Below, in pieces: positions 19,101 to 28,476 of a DNA stretch of 64,000 nucleotides (position 1 is the first letter of the stretch; every line of letters begins with the position of its first letter). The notes beneath the pieces are model-generated. The model was not told the origin of the DNA. It did not search any database and saw only the letters and a list, made by a program, of their open reading frames with translations. Source of the DNA: Candidatus Saccharimonadota bacterium (GTDB lineage: Bacteria > Patescibacteriota > Saccharimonadia > CAILAD01 > GCA-016700035); NCBI GenBank assembly GCA_046350755.1, contig JAXLZV010000001.1, positions 11,510 through 75,509 on the forward strand, in the 5' to 3' direction. The position numbers and the translations under genes are program-made.

Positions 19101-22100
19101 GAATCCTAGCTGGTAATAACCATGTTATTGCTGGCCTCTATGCCGACACCACGGCTAGTCCGGGCTGCGTGACAGCTGGTCTATTTGGTAATACTCGTGG
19201 TGCTCTCGTCCAAGACCTCAAACTAACGGATCCAGTCTTTAAGGGTGGCTATGTTGGTCTGGTAGCTACCGCCAACAATACCGACATCACTAATGTCCAA
19301 GTCTATAATGGAGCCTACGATGGTACGTCAGGTTTTGGTGGTGGTGGGATTGCTGGCTTTATGTTCTTTGATGACGCTGCTAGCCACGATCTAGCTAAGA
19401 ATAGCTTTACCGGTAGTATTGTAGCTAGTTGTGATACGAGTACTATGGGGATGATTGGTGGGTTATATAGCTATTTAGTAGCATTTGGCCAGAATACAAT
19501 CAATCTCCACGATTCCTACGCCGATGCAGATATTAGTGTGAACTCAGCTAATGCTTGTTTGGACGTAAGTGGTATTGGTGGTGGGATTGGTTATATCGTG
19601 GCTGGCAATACTGCTATGAGTGTCAATAATATTTACGCTGCCGGTAGTCAGAATGTCTCTATTACCGAAAACGCTAACGGCCAGTTCAACTACCCCCAAG
19701 GCCTCACCACCGACAGTGCTGGCAATGTCTATGTGGCCGATACTGATAACCACCGCATCCAGAAGTTTGACTCATCTGGTACTTTCATTACTAAATGGGG
19801 CACCAATGGCTCCGGCGATGGTCAGTTTAGCAATCCTCAAGGCATCGCCACCGACAGTGCGGGCAATGTCTATGTGGCCGATACTGATAACCACCGCATC
19901 CAGAAGTTTGACAGTGCTGGTACTTTTATTGCCAAGTGGGGTGGTAGAGGGGCAGCCAATGGGAAGTTCAACTACCCCCAAGGCATCACCACCGACAGCG
20001 CGGGTAATGTCTATGTGGCCGATACTGATAACCACCGCATCCAGAAGTTTGACTCATCTGGTACTTTCATTACTAAATGGGGCACCAATGGCTCCGGCGA
20101 TGGTCAGTTTAACTCTCCCACCGGCATCACCACCGACAGCGCGGGTAATGTCTATGTGGCGGATACATATAACTACCGCATCCAGAAGTTTGATAGCTCT
20201 GGAACTTTTATTACCAAATGGGGCACCAATGGCTCCGGCAACGGTCAGTTCTACTCCCCTCAAGGCCTCACCACCGACAGCGCGGGTAATGTCTATGTAG
20301 CAGATACATATAACCACCGCATCCAGAAGTTTAATAGCGCTGGCACATATATCTCGCAGTGGGGAACGAATGGCTCCGGTGACGGTCAGTTCAACCAACC
20401 CCAAGGCCTTACCACCGACAGTGCTGGCAATGTCTATGTGGCGGATACTAGTAACCACCGCATCCAGAAGTTTAATAGCTCTGGCACGTATATCTCCCAG
20501 TGGGGAAGCCAGGGTTATGTTAGCTGGACTAATATTGGTGGCCTAATTGGTGTCGCAAATTATTATTCGGCTTCCAATAGTCTAACCAACAGCTTCGCCC
20601 ATGTCGCTCAAACGATTAATGTTGGCGACCAGGTGGCCGGTGCCCTAGTCGGTGCGGCCTACTATGATACGCCACCGACTATCACCGGCAACTACGCCGA
20701 TACCACGCTGGCTGGTCGAGCCAACTGCTTTGGGGGTGGCGAGAGCGAAGACACCGCCAAATGTACTGGTATTGCTGGTCAACCCAATTATTTCTACAAC
20801 AACCATACCAACCCACCGCTTGATCAGTGGAATTTCACGGATCTTTGGGAAACCACACCAACGCTACCAGTCTTCTCAGCTGTAGCCGTCAACACTCTAA
20901 CTCCCATCTCAGCTGAGCGCCTAGCCCGCTACAATCCACCCGTTCCACCAACCCCAACCCCAGTTCCAGCTACTCCAATTAGCCCCAGCCCAACACCAGA
21001 ACCAACCCCAGATACCAGTGGTAGTCGTAGTGCTGCCATCACCCAGACTACCAACCAGACACCTCCACCCCCAGCCGAGCCGGGTGGTATCCTGGGGGTT
21101 CTAAAAGACATTGTCCGCGCCATTCCGGAACCAGTCCTGCGCAGCTTCCCCTACGTCGTGGTTGGTCTCATGGGGCTACTATCTCTAGCTATGTTGTTTG
21201 AAATGTATCGTCAGTCTCGACGCTTAGCTCAACTTAATCTCCTGCTTGCCAAACAAGCCAAAGTTGCCGAGGATCGTGATACTTTCTGGCATCTCGCTGC
21301 CAACTATCTACGCTCACCAATTACTCTCTTAGTTGGTAGTGTCGATCTGATGACTGACCCTAGTCCAAAGACTAAAGCTCAACCAACTACCGCTCCAGCT
21401 AAACTGACCCTTGGTCTGACCAGCCTGGTTCATGATATGCAGACTAAGGTCATGAAGATTATGGACCAGATCGAAACTAGCCAGAGCTTACAGGCCATTC
21501 GCTGGCCAGCTCGAACTCAGCCTCGCCACCTCTTAACTAACTGGCGTTTCTGGGTGCCCCTGACTGTCACCGGTCTACTGATTGCCCTGTCTAACTATGT
21601 CGCCCAAAACTTCCGTAACATTGAAGTCTCCACTCTTAATCTAGCCGTCCAAGCCTTGCTGTTTATTGTTGTTACCATTGCTATCTACTGGGTGGTTGGT
21701 GCTCTCGGCCTAACTCGTAGTAAGGTGACTCGGGCTCAAACTCAATTGGATCGTCAGGCTAAAGACCTAGATAAGGCTCGAATGCAGCTTATTGACGAGA
21801 CCGCCACTGTCCTATCTAGTGACATCACTCGACTAGATGCCATGCTAGCGAAGCTCCCAGCTAAGGAGCCAATGCTGCTAGCTATGCAAGAGGGAAGTCG
21901 TCGATTACATGAGATTGTATCGAGTTTCCAGCAACTGATCTTAGCTCAGAACAACCGTCTTGATACCATCTCGCCAGCTAGCGCCTCAACCGACCTTAGC
22001 CAAGCTATTGCTAGTAGCTTAAATGAACTAGCCGCCACCATTAAGTCTAAAGACATCACCGTTGTCCAGTCTGGCACCATAGCTGGAGCTGTACCTGGTA

Positions 22101-22441
22101 GTGAGCCAGTTATTAAGCGTGTTATTGGGAGTATTCTAGAGAATGCCATCCAGTTTAGCCCTAAAGGCGGTCAAGTTACCATCCAATCTCAGCAAACTGG
22201 CAGTGGTAGTAGTGTTACCATCACCGATAAGGGTCCTGGTGTGAGTAAGACTCAACAGGCACATATCTTCCAGCTCTTTACCAAAGCTGATGGCAAGAAT
22301 GCCCTACAAATGGACCATGATGGACTGGGGGTTGATCTCTATCTCGACAAGCAGATCATGCAACACTTACAGGGTGGCATTGACCTCCAGACTAGTAACC
22401 ACGGGACAGCTGTAACACTGACCTGGCCAGCAGTGGGGTAG
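16130..22441 (+). CDS. Giant surface sensor: NHL beta-propellers, FN3-like domains, GLUG-like region, TM helices, degenerate HisKA and HATPase_c
   Basis: 18 NHL repeats (PQGLTTDSAGNVYVAD..N.RIQKF), FN3 patterns, PTPTP linker, three C-terminal TM segments, N box ILENAIQFS, G1 box DKGPG. The exact start is uncertain. Confidence 0.85.
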   Translation: MNKVRNTDPTKSTNSNLRRIHDIRHPQSSDQPTNRPRRVGRLLSWRLPNRRVLRARLVTITNKWTITTARLRQLALGGLSLSKLDLRKLSVALDPHKFSLPTLDPRKLDFYKLHPRNLSRAKLTTGAKTIHHHTKNFLHSPRAVIQAVLVLALVLSFVQFARAITPTITTQAATNLDWNKAALNGQVNDDHGEQVTETGFEYGPDTNYGDTTQATAEYKFSSIIGGALADGTTNRPGSITTDSAGNVYVADTDNHRIQKFDSSGTFITKWGTNGSGDGQFSNPQGIATDSAGNVYVADTDNHRIQKFDSAGTFIAKWGGRGAANGKFNYPQGLTTDSAGNVYVADTYNRRIQKFNSTGTYISQWGTNGSGDGQFSNPQGIATDSAGNVYVADTNNHRIQKFNSAGTYISQWGTNGSGDGQFNQPQGLTTDSAGNVYVADTSNHRIQKFDSAGTYLTQWGTGGSGDGQFYSPTGITTDSAGNVYVADRDNHRIQKFNSSGTFITKWGNYGSGDGQFDYPQGLTTDSAGNVYVADSGNNRIQKFDSTGNFITKWGKNGGDGSSGFGNGEFDYPSGLTTDSAGNVYVADTYNYRIQKFDSSGTFITKWGNPGSGDGQFYSPQGLTTDSAGNVYVADTNNHRIQKFDSSGTFITKWGNYGSGNGQFSNPQGLTTDSAGNVYVADRDNSRIQKFDSAGTYISQWGSQGSGDGQFDYPQGLTTDSAGNVYVADTNNHRIQKFDSSGTFITKWGNPGSGDGQFYEPQGLTTDSAGNVYVADRNNHRIQKFTLVANSDTFSSQIENLSCDTSYHYRAYATNASGTSYGTDQVFTTPSCVPLAPSNLRVEVQSFNSIEVVWDRPDYTGSAGIDHYIIYYRKAGTGSWQQVSSNNDAESVIVSGLEQFTSYDMKVSAVNYDGHESPATAEVSETTPRVNFGLVRNCQDLQNINNNLNVSYELVNDIDCSDTINWNAGAGFVPLGGCQYDFYSLSEPTPFKGILAGNNHVIAGLYADTTASPGCVTAGLFGNTRGALVQDLKLTDPVFKGGYVGLVATANNTDITNVQVYNGAYDGTSGFGGGGIAGFMFFDDAASHDLAKNSFTGSIVASCDTSTMGMIGGLYSYLVAFGQNTINLHDSYADADISVNSANACLDVSGIGGGIGYIVAGNTAMSVNNIYAAGSQNVSITENANGQFNYPQGLTTDSAGNVYVADTDNHRIQKFDSSGTFITKWGTNGSGDGQFSNPQGIATDSAGNVYVADTDNHRIQKFDSAGTFIAKWGGRGAANGKFNYPQGITTDSAGNVYVADTDNHRIQKFDSSGTFITKWGTNGSGDGQFNSPTGITTDSAGNVYVADTYNYRIQKFDSSGTFITKWGTNGSGNGQFYSPQGLTTDSAGNVYVADTYNHRIQKFNSAGTYISQWGTNGSGDGQFNQPQGLTTDSAGNVYVADTSNHRIQKFNSSGTYISQWGSQGYVSWTNIGGLIGVANYYSASNSLTNSFAHVAQTINVGDQVAGALVGAAYYDTPPTITGNYADTTLAGRANCFGGGESEDTAKCTGIAGQPNYFYNNHTNPPLDQWNFTDLWETTPTLPVFSAVAVNTLTPISAERLARYNPPVPPTPTPVPATPISPSPTPEPTPDTSGSRSAAITQTTNQTPPPPAEPGGILGVLKDIVRAIPEPVLRSFPYVVVGLMGLLSLAMLFEMYRQSRRLAQLNLLLAKQAKVAEDRDTFWHLAANYLRSPITLLVGSVDLMTDPSPKTKAQPTTAPAKLTLGLTSLVHDMQTKVMKIMDQIETSQSLQAIRWPARTQPRHLLTNWRFWVPLTVTGLLIALSNYVAQNFRNIEVSTLNLAVQALLFIVVTIAIYWVVGALGLTRSKVTRAQTQLDRQAKDLDKARMQLIDETATVLSSDITRLDAMLAKLPAKEPMLLAMQEGSRRLHEIVSSFQQLILAQNNRLDTISPASASTDLSQAIASSLNELAATIKSKDITVVQSGTIAGAVPGSEPVIKRVIGSILENAIQFSPKGGQVTIQSQQTGSGSSVTITDKGPGVSKTQQAHIFQLFTKADGKNALQMDHDGLGVDLYLDKQIMQHLQGGIDLQTSNHGTAVTLTWPAVG
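16832..18478 (+). repeat. Intragenic tandem array of 12 NHL units (141 nt / 47 aa)
   Basis: Counted in the translation; units are near-identical at DNA level and unit 7 has a 6-aa insertion. Confidence 0.95.
19673..20515 (+). repeat. Second intragenic array of 6 NHL units
   Basis: Same 141-nt unit. By eye, 19721-19968 is identical to 16862-17109 and 20310-20472 to 17310-17472. Confidence 0.95.
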
Positions 22442-22582
22442 AGGTGGGTGTAAAGGTGAGCTATTTAGTTGTCGGTAATGTTTAGTTTGCGGCATTAATA
22501 TTGAAAGTATTGGCTGGTAATGATTAACCGTAGTTGGTCTGCATAGAGGGAGCTTGGCAGGCAATTTTTTTGATAAAAAATT

Positions 22583-22969
22583 TTACTTAACAGCGGCCTG
22601 AATAGTTTTTACAATCTCGCCAGGAGTTGTGGTAGCTTTTACGATATGATCGAGCACATTGTATTGCTTGATGGCGGCCACAGTTTCTGGATCGTTCATG
22701 TTCGTTAAAGTGATTATCTTGTACTTGTTGCCATTAGGTAGAGCACGAATGCGCTCAAGAGCCTCTAGCCCAGACATTCGGGGCATCATCATATCGAGTA
22801 AAATGATATCGGGATGGTAAGTTTTTAGTAGTTCCAGGCCTTCAATACCATCACCTGCTACACGGACTTTATAACCGGCTTGGCGTTCAAAGGCCTTTGT
22901 GTACATGGTTGATATAGCGACATCGTCTTCGATAAGGGCGATGTTAACTATTTTAGGTGAATTGCTCAT
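22583..22969 (-). CDS. Single-domain response regulator (CheY-like receiver)
   Basis: IEDD, PDIILLDMMMP (phospho-Asp), TLTN, IVKA. Start set at the ATG at 22969. Confidence 0.9.
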   Translation of the reverse strand: MSNSPKIVNIALIEDDVAISTMYTKAFERQAGYKVRVAGDGIEGLELLKTYHPDIILLDMMMPRMSGLEALERIRALPNGNKYKIITLTNMNDPETVAAIKQYNVLDHIVKATTTPGEIVKTIQAAVK

Positions 22970-23014
22970 GCTTAGATTGTATACTAGGATATACATAAAT
23001 AGAAGTAGTGGCCG

Positions 23015-23043
23015 TTGACCATCTTAATGAAACCTGTTATTAT
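23015..23043 (+). promoter_or_regulatory. Sigma70-type promoter of rplJL
   Basis: TTGACC-N17-TATTAT. Confidence 0.6.
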
Positions 23044-23056
23044 GAAAAAGTACGAA

Positions 23057-23110
23057 CCGAAGACAGGCGCTGGTTAGCTCAAGCTAAACCTTAATTTGCT
23101 CCCGAGGCGA
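23057..23110 (+). promoter_or_regulatory. L10 leader (rplJ autoregulatory RNA)
   Basis: CCGAAGACAG...TTAA...CCCGAGG frame in a ~150-nt 5' UTR of rplJ; boundaries approximate. Confidence 0.65.
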
Positions 23111-23199
23111 TGACGAATCTACATTTTAGATAAGTCCCACTTCATGTCTTCTTGGCTCGCTGCAAAGAAGATTTTTCATTAACAATTAAAGGAGTCAGT

Positions 23200-23733
23200 A
23201 TGGCAAAGACTCGTGCACAGAAGGAACAAGACCTGCAAAAGCTGGTCGACAACCTTGATAGTGCAAAGCTTGCCGTTCTGGCTGACTACCGTGGCCTCGA
23301 TGTGCCAGCGATTCAGGAACTCCGTGGACAACTGCGCGAACAAGGTATTACCTTTACCGTCGCCAAGAACACGTTGCTCAAGAAAGCTGCTGCTAAGAGT
23401 GCTAAGGAGATTACCGAAACCGATGCTTTTGTCGGGCCGATGGCTGTGGCCTTTGGTACTGATGAAGTAGAGGCTGCCAAAATCGTCGCTGATTTCACCA
23501 AGGATCATCCTGAATTGGAGATCGTCGGTGGTATCGATGAGGCTGGCGCGATTATCTCCAAAGAAGCTGTTATGGCGCTGGCGAAACTGCCGAGCCGCGA
23601 GCAACTTCTTGCGCAGGTGGTCGGTACGGTTGCTGCTCCACTCTCGGGCATGGTTCGAGTGATGAATGGCAATCTGTCAGGACTGGTGTACGCACTACAA
23701 GCTGTTAAAGATAAGAAAGAAGCCGCTGCTTAA
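23200..23733 (+). CDS. rplJ: 50S ribosomal protein L10
   Basis: [24 protein letters not shown]. Start at the ATG at 23200 after AAGGAG. Confidence 0.95.
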   Translation: MAKTRAQKEQDLQKLVDNLDSAKLAVLADYRGLDVPAIQELRGQLREQGITFTVAKNTLLKKAAAKSAKEITETDAFVGPMAVAFGTDEVEAAKIVADFTKDHPELEIVGGIDEAGAIISKEAVMALAKLPSREQLLAQVVGTVAAPLSGMVRVMNGNLSGLVYALQAVKDKKEAAA

Positions 23734-23758
23734 GCGCTTCACTAATAGGAGATATATT

Positions 23759-24184
23759 ATGGCTGAAGAAGCTAAGAATGATGCAGTAGAAGAAAAGAAA
23801 GAAGTTCCAGCGAAGTTTGAAAAGCTCGTTGCTGAACTCGATAAGATGAGTGTCCTCGATCTCTCAGAGTTCGTGAAGACCCTCGAGGATCACTACGGTG
23901 TGTCAGCCGCTGCCCCTGTGGCCGTTGCTGGCGCTGCCGCTCCAGCTGAAGCTGCTGAAGCTGCCGAAGAGAAGAGCCAGTTCAACATTATGCTGCAGGC
24001 TGCTGGTGATAAGAAGATCGAAGTCATTAAGGCCGTGCGTGAAATCACTGGTCTTGGTCTGGCTGAGTCCAAAGGACTCGTCGACGGCGCTCCTAAGATG
24101 GTGAAAGAGAACGCCACGAAGGAAGAGGCCGAAGAGGCAAAGACCAAGCTCGAAGCGGCTGGTGCCACTATCGAACTTCAATAA
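23759..24184 (+). CDS. rplL: 50S ribosomal protein L7/L12
   Basis: Ala-rich hinge, [26 protein letters not shown]. Start at the ATG at 23759 after AGGAG. Confidence 0.96.
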   Translation: MAEEAKNDAVEEKKEVPAKFEKLVAELDKMSVLDLSEFVKTLEDHYGVSAAAPVAVAGAAAPAEAAEAAEEKSQFNIMLQAAGDKKIEVIKAVREITGLGLAESKGLVDGAPKMVKENATKEEAEEAKTKLEAAGATIELQ

Positions 24185-24201
24185 GTCAGAGACGACTTTA
24201 C

Positions 24202-24232
24202 AAAAAGAACTTGCATACCGCGAGTTCTTTTT
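24202..24232 (+). terminator. Intrinsic terminator after rplL
   Basis: AAAAAGAACTTGC-atacc-GCGAGTTCTTTTT. Confidence 0.75.
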
Positions 24233-24312
24233 GTTTGCATTCTATTTTCGTCAGTGATAAACTGACCTCGAATCTGTGGGTTATAAAAAATAAGCAAAAA
24301 AGTGGGTAATAT

Positions 24313-24858
24313 ATGACACAATCCAATACAAATGACGCGCGATTAATGCAACTCGCGGCACAACTCAAAGCCGCTGAGGAGCAGGTGAGACGCATTCATG
24401 ACCAACTCGACGCACTTGGCATTAAAGCCGATGAGTTGCCCGAGCCGAGTAAAGTCACACCACGGCAAGCGGTTGAGACTGAAGCGCATGGGATCGGCAA
24501 GATCATCGAAGGTGTTTTTGATGGCCAGAATATGATCGGTCCAAACGATAAGACGTATCCGGTGCCGGCCAATTATGCTTCCAAGTCAAAACTGGTGGAG
24601 GGCGACATCCTCAAGCTCACCATCTCCGAGGATGGGAGTTTTATCTACAAGCAAATTGGTCCCGTTGAGCGTAAGAAACTGATCGGCCGCATCGTCATGC
24701 AGGACGGCACCTATATGGTGGAGGCTGGCGGCAAACTGTATCACGTATTGTTTGCTAGTGTGACGTACTTCAAAGCTCAGCCGGGCGACGAAGTCACCGT
24801 CGTGATTCCAGGTGATCAGGTAGCCTCGTGGGCGGCTATCGAAGCCGTGATTGGCTAA
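24313..24858 (+). CDS. Conserved hypothetical protein of a type I recall near rplL/dnaX/dnaB in Patescibacteria
   Basis: IIEGVFDGQNM..YPVPANYASKSKLVEGD.LKLTI..DGSFIYKQIGP; function unknown. Confidence 0.75.
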   Translation: MTQSNTNDARLMQLAAQLKAAEEQVRRIHDQLDALGIKADELPEPSKVTPRQAVETEAHGIGKIIEGVFDGQNMIGPNDKTYPVPANYASKSKLVEGDILKLTISEDGSFIYKQIGPVERKKLIGRIVMQDGTYMVEAGGKLYHVLFASVTYFKAQPGDEVTVVIPGDQVASWAAIEAVIG

Positions 24859-24865
24859 TACTATT

Positions 24866-25030
24866 ATGAAATCCAAACCCAATCAACGGATTTGGTATTT
24901 TACTGCGGGCCTTAATCTGCTTGCTGCAGTATTCATGTTTTCTGTCCCGTCGCCAGCTCGATATGCTGGGCTGATTTTTCTGCTTGCTGCGCTTTTTTCG
25001 ATTATTGCCGCTCGTCCAGCGAAATCCTAA
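24866..25030 (+). CDS. Small 2-TM protein (54 aa; below the ORF-track cutoff)
   Basis: Manual translation MKSKPNQRIWYFTAGLNLLAAVFMFSVPSPARYAGLIFLLAALFSIIAARPAKS; fills the gap between co-oriented genes. Confidence 0.6.
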   Translation: MKSKPNQRIWYFTAGLNLLAAVFMFSVPSPARYAGLIFLLAALFSIIAARPAKS

Positions 25031-25099
25031 AATAGATTAAATATTCTCGTCGCAAAACAGGCTATAATGGTAGTAATATAAGTTGAGTGGAGGAGGGGT

Positions 25100-26536
25100 G
25101 TGAGTCGTCCTGCGTTATATCGCCTGTATCGGCCGGCCGATCTATCGGACGTTGTCGGGCAAGATCATATTGTTCGTGCCCTGGAAGCTGCTTTGGCTGC
25201 CGGGCGCGTTGGTCACGCCTACTTGCTGACTGGTCCGCGCGGCACTGGTAAAACCAGTGTGGCTCGGATCCTGGCGCGACGGATGAACGAATTACCGGCT
25301 GAGCACGACATCGCCAGCGAGCTAGATATCTTGGAGATTGATGCGGCCTCAAATCGGGGTATTGATGAGATTCGAGCTTTGCGTGACAAGATAGCCATAT
25401 CACCTAGTCATCTGCGTTACAAAGTTTTCATCATTGATGAAGTCCATATGCTGACCCGTGAGGCCTTCAATGCACTACTCAAGACACTCGAAGAACCACC
25501 GGCCCATGCAGTGTTCATTTTGGCAACGACTGAGGCACATAAGCTGCCTGATACCGTTATTAGTCGTACTCAGCGCTTTGATTTTCACCCCGTACGGCCA
25601 GATGATATGGTGACGGCGCTAGCGGCGGTGGCGAAGCTCGAGAAGATCGATATTGATATCGAAGCCCTTGGTCTCATCGCCCAGCTCGCTAGTGGCGGCT
25701 TCCGAGATGCTTTGGGGTTACTTGATCAGCTGAGTGTGCAGCCGGGCAAGATAGATCGAGCGACAGTGGCGGAGATGACCGGTATCGGTGATGCTGTCAT
25801 ATTGCGAGCACTCTTGGTAGCGGCGACCGAGGGCAAATTCGACGCGGCGCTTGAGAGCCTGAGTGAAATCTGGTCACGAGGAGGGGAGCCGACCCTCGTG
25901 CTCGAGCATCTACTGCTGATCGTGCGCGACGAATTTCTTGACACTACACGAGACCAGCCACTTGTGCCTCGACCGAAGCTCTATCAAGTGCTGATGGCTT
26001 TTACAGAAGCAGCGCGGGAGATAAAATTTTCACCGATTCCCAGCTTACCGCTCGAACTCGCTCTGTGGAGGCTCAGTAATCCTCCAGCACCAGCTATGCA
26101 GTCCGTTGCGCCTCCCGTGCAGCAGGCCGCACCGGTTAAGTCGCCGACCCCATCTCGCCCCGCTGTTCGTCGGGCACCAGTCAGTCAAGCATCTAGTATG
26201 CCGGAGGGTTCGCTTTCACCGCAGCTGATTACAACCAAAGCCCTGTCGCTCATCAAGGCGAAGAATAATTCGCTATATGCTGTATTGCGATCGGGCGAGC
26301 CAAGTCTTGAGGGCGATCAGTTTGTGATTCGTTGTCGGTTCCGTTTTCACAAAGAACGTATTGAAGAACATAAGAACCGTCAGCTCATCGAGGCAGTCAT
26401 TACTAAGGTGGCCGGTCGGCCAGTAGAGATGCAGGTGATTCATACCGGAGCCGAGCCACAGGTGACAACTCAGCCTGAAGAGGAGCTCGTGGCGAGTGCG
26501 CTTGAGATTCTCGGCGGAGAGGTGGTCGAAGACTAA
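25100..26536 (+). CDS. dnaX: DNA polymerase III subunit gamma/tau
   Basis: LYRLYRP, GPRGTGKT, EIDAASNRG, IIDEVHML, LLKTLEEPP, SRTQ. The usual Cys4 zinc module is absent. Confidence 0.95.
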   Translation: MSRPALYRLYRPADLSDVVGQDHIVRALEAALAAGRVGHAYLLTGPRGTGKTSVARILARRMNELPAEHDIASELDILEIDAASNRGIDEIRALRDKIAISPSHLRYKVFIIDEVHMLTREAFNALLKTLEEPPAHAVFILATTEAHKLPDTVISRTQRFDFHPVRPDDMVTALAAVAKLEKIDIDIEALGLIAQLASGGFRDALGLLDQLSVQPGKIDRATVAEMTGIGDAVILRALLVAATEGKFDAALESLSEIWSRGGEPTLVLEHLLLIVRDEFLDTTRDQPLVPRPKLYQVLMAFTEAAREIKFSPIPSLPLELALWRLSNPPAPAMQSVAPPVQQAAPVKSPTPSRPAVRRAPVSQASSMPEGSLSPQLITTKALSLIKAKNNSLYAVLRSGEPSLEGDQFVIRCRFRFHKERIEEHKNRQLIEAVITKVAGRPVEMQVIHTGAEPQVTTQPEEELVASALEILGGEVVED

Positions 26537-27924
26537 TGGCAGATCGCAAATCAATGTCGAAGCCGGTGCCAACTGAGGCCGAGTTAGCAAAATTTGTGCC
26601 ACCCCACAGTCAGCAGGCTGAACGATCACTACTCGGTGCAATCCTGCTCGATGCTGATTCGTTGATTCGGGTGGCTGATATCGTAGCGGCGGATGACTTT
26701 TACGAACAGCGTCACAATACTATTTTTGAGACTATTCTCAAGCTGTATGAGCAGCGCAAGCCGATTGATCTCGTAACCCTTTCAGAGAGCCTGAAGGATG
26801 CCAAGCATCTTGAACAGATCGGCGGCATGACGTACTTGACTGAGCTTGCCAATAGTGTCGCCAGCTCAGCGCATGTAGCTGAATACGCCAAGATTGTAGC
26901 CGGCAAGGCCACCTTGCGCCGCTTAGATGTCGCTGGACATACTATCTCAGGCTTAGCCCATGATGAGACCCGGGAGCTTGAAGGCTTACTGGATGAAGCC
27001 GAACAGTCGCTATTTGCGGTTAGTCAAAAACACCTGAAGCAGAATTTTATATCGATACAAGACGTGTTGGCGGATAGTTTTGATCGACTCGATGCGCTCC
27101 ACAAAGATAATCAACAGCTTAGGGGTGTACCGACCGGCTTTAAGGATCTTGATAAGCTGCTGGCTGGCTTGCAGCGTTCGGATTTAATCATCTTAGCGGC
27201 GCGCCCGAGTATGGGTAAGACGAGCTTTGTCATGAATATTGCTTCACACGTCGCGATTAAGGAAGGTATACCGGTTGGTATTTTCTCGCTCGAGATGAGT
27301 AAGGAGCAGTTGATTGATCGATTGTTGGCCTCTGAATCCGGTATAGACTCATGGAAATTACGCACCGGCAACCTCGAGGATAAAGACTTCGAAAAGCTTA
27401 ACCGAGCGATGGGAGTAATGGCTGAGGCACCGATCTTCATCGATGACTCGGCGATGGCTAATGCTTTAGAAATGCGGACGAAAGCCCGTCGCCTTCAGGC
27501 CGAGCACGGCTTGGGCTTGATCATAATCGATTATCTGCAGCTCATGAATGGGCGCGCCAGCAGTGATGGCAATCGCGTCAATGAAATATCAGAGATCTCA
27601 CGTTCATTAAAGGCCTTGGCCCGCGAGCTCGATGTGCCGGTGATCGCCCTGTCACAGTTGTCACGGGCTGTTGAATCCCGCCATCCCCAGATCCCACAGC
27701 TGTCTGACTTACGTGAATCGGGATCCATCGAGCAAGATGCTGATGTGGTGATGTTTATCTATCGCGAAGACTACTACAATAAGGAGACTGAACGTCGCAA
27801 TATCTCCGACATCTTAATCCGTAAGCATCGTAATGGTCCGACGGGTGATGTCGAGCTCTTCTTTAGCCCCGAACTGATGTTATTCCGTTCGCTCGATCAA
27901 TCGCATAAGCGACCTGAAGCATAA
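26536..27924 (+). CDS. dnaB: Replicative DNA helicase
   Basis: PPHS..AE, AARPSMGKT, IDYLQL, LSQLSR, LRESGSIEQDAD; no intein. Confidence 0.97.
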   Translation: MADRKSMSKPVPTEAELAKFVPPHSQQAERSLLGAILLDADSLIRVADIVAADDFYEQRHNTIFETILKLYEQRKPIDLVTLSESLKDAKHLEQIGGMTYLTELANSVASSAHVAEYAKIVAGKATLRRLDVAGHTISGLAHDETRELEGLLDEAEQSLFAVSQKHLKQNFISIQDVLADSFDRLDALHKDNQQLRGVPTGFKDLDKLLAGLQRSDLIILAARPSMGKTSFVMNIASHVAIKEGIPVGIFSLEMSKEQLIDRLLASESGIDSWKLRTGNLEDKDFEKLNRAMGVMAEAPIFIDDSAMANALEMRTKARRLQAEHGLGLIIIDYLQLMNGRASSDGNRVNEISEISRSLKALARELDVPVIALSQLSRAVESRHPQIPQLSDLRESGSIEQDADVVMFIYREDYYNKETERRNISDILIRKHRNGPTGDVELFFSPELMLFRSLDQSHKRPEA

Positions 27925-27981
27925 GAATATTGCCGACTCTGAGTTGCTCCAGTATACTGATTATTGAAATAAGGAAACCTC

Positions 27982-28476
27982 GTGAATAAAACGCAAAAAA
28001 AGCCGTCCACTGTTGGGAAAGAAGCCGCCCAGGTAGGACGTTTTGGTATAGTCGGTATCGCCAATACCGCGATTGACTTCATTGTTCTCAATATTATTTC
28101 CCGAGCTACCGGTTGGTCAGATGTCGTGGCCAATGTCCCCGCCGTGATGGTGGCGATGACCTTCAGTTTTTTTGCCAATCGTTATTTTGTCTTTCACAGT
28201 GGGCAGACCAAGAGTATCGGCCGTCAAGCACTCGAGTTCTTCCCGATAACTGCCTTTGGCCTCATTGTAATTCAAGGAGTGGTAATTTGGTTTTTTGAGT
28301 CGGTTTGGCTAGGACCTGTTAATTTTGGCGTGGCGGTCGCCCAAGCCATTGGCGTGCTCAACTTTGTCGATAAACAATTCGTGATCACCAATGGCGTCAA
28401 AGCTGTCGCCACCCTGGCGAGTCTGATCTGGAACTATCTCATGTATAAGAAAGTAGTATTCAAGGACCAGACGTAA
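27982..28476 (+). CDS. GtrA-family lipid-linked sugar translocase
   Basis: RFGIVGIANTAIDF, FSFFANRYFVF, WNYLMYKKVVF. Confidence 0.85.
   Translation: MNKTQKKPSTVGKEAAQVGRFGIVGIANTAIDFIVLNIISRATGWSDVVANVPAVMVAMTFSFFANRYFVFHSGQTKSIGRQALEFFPITAFGLIVIQGVVIWFFESVWLGPVNFGVAVAQAIGVLNFVDKQFVITNGVKAVATLASLIWNYLMYKKVVFKDQT

Noticed and set aside
16818-20458. Long alternative-frame and antisense ORFs (566, 375, 226, 134 aa) over the NHL arrays
   Set aside because: These are shadows of a repeated unit that happens to lack stops in other frames; no independent start signals.
16832-20515. CRISPR array or diversity-generating retroelement suggested by the regular repeats
   Set aside because: The units are 141-nt in-frame coding repeats with no unique spacers and no cas genes. 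Some variable codons (AAC/TAC/GAC/AGC) fit adenine mutagenesis, but others do not, and no reverse transcriptase or non-coding template repeat is in the window.
25100-26536. Programmed frameshift in dnaX (gamma/tau)
   Set aside because: No A AAA AAG or long A-run slippery site seen.
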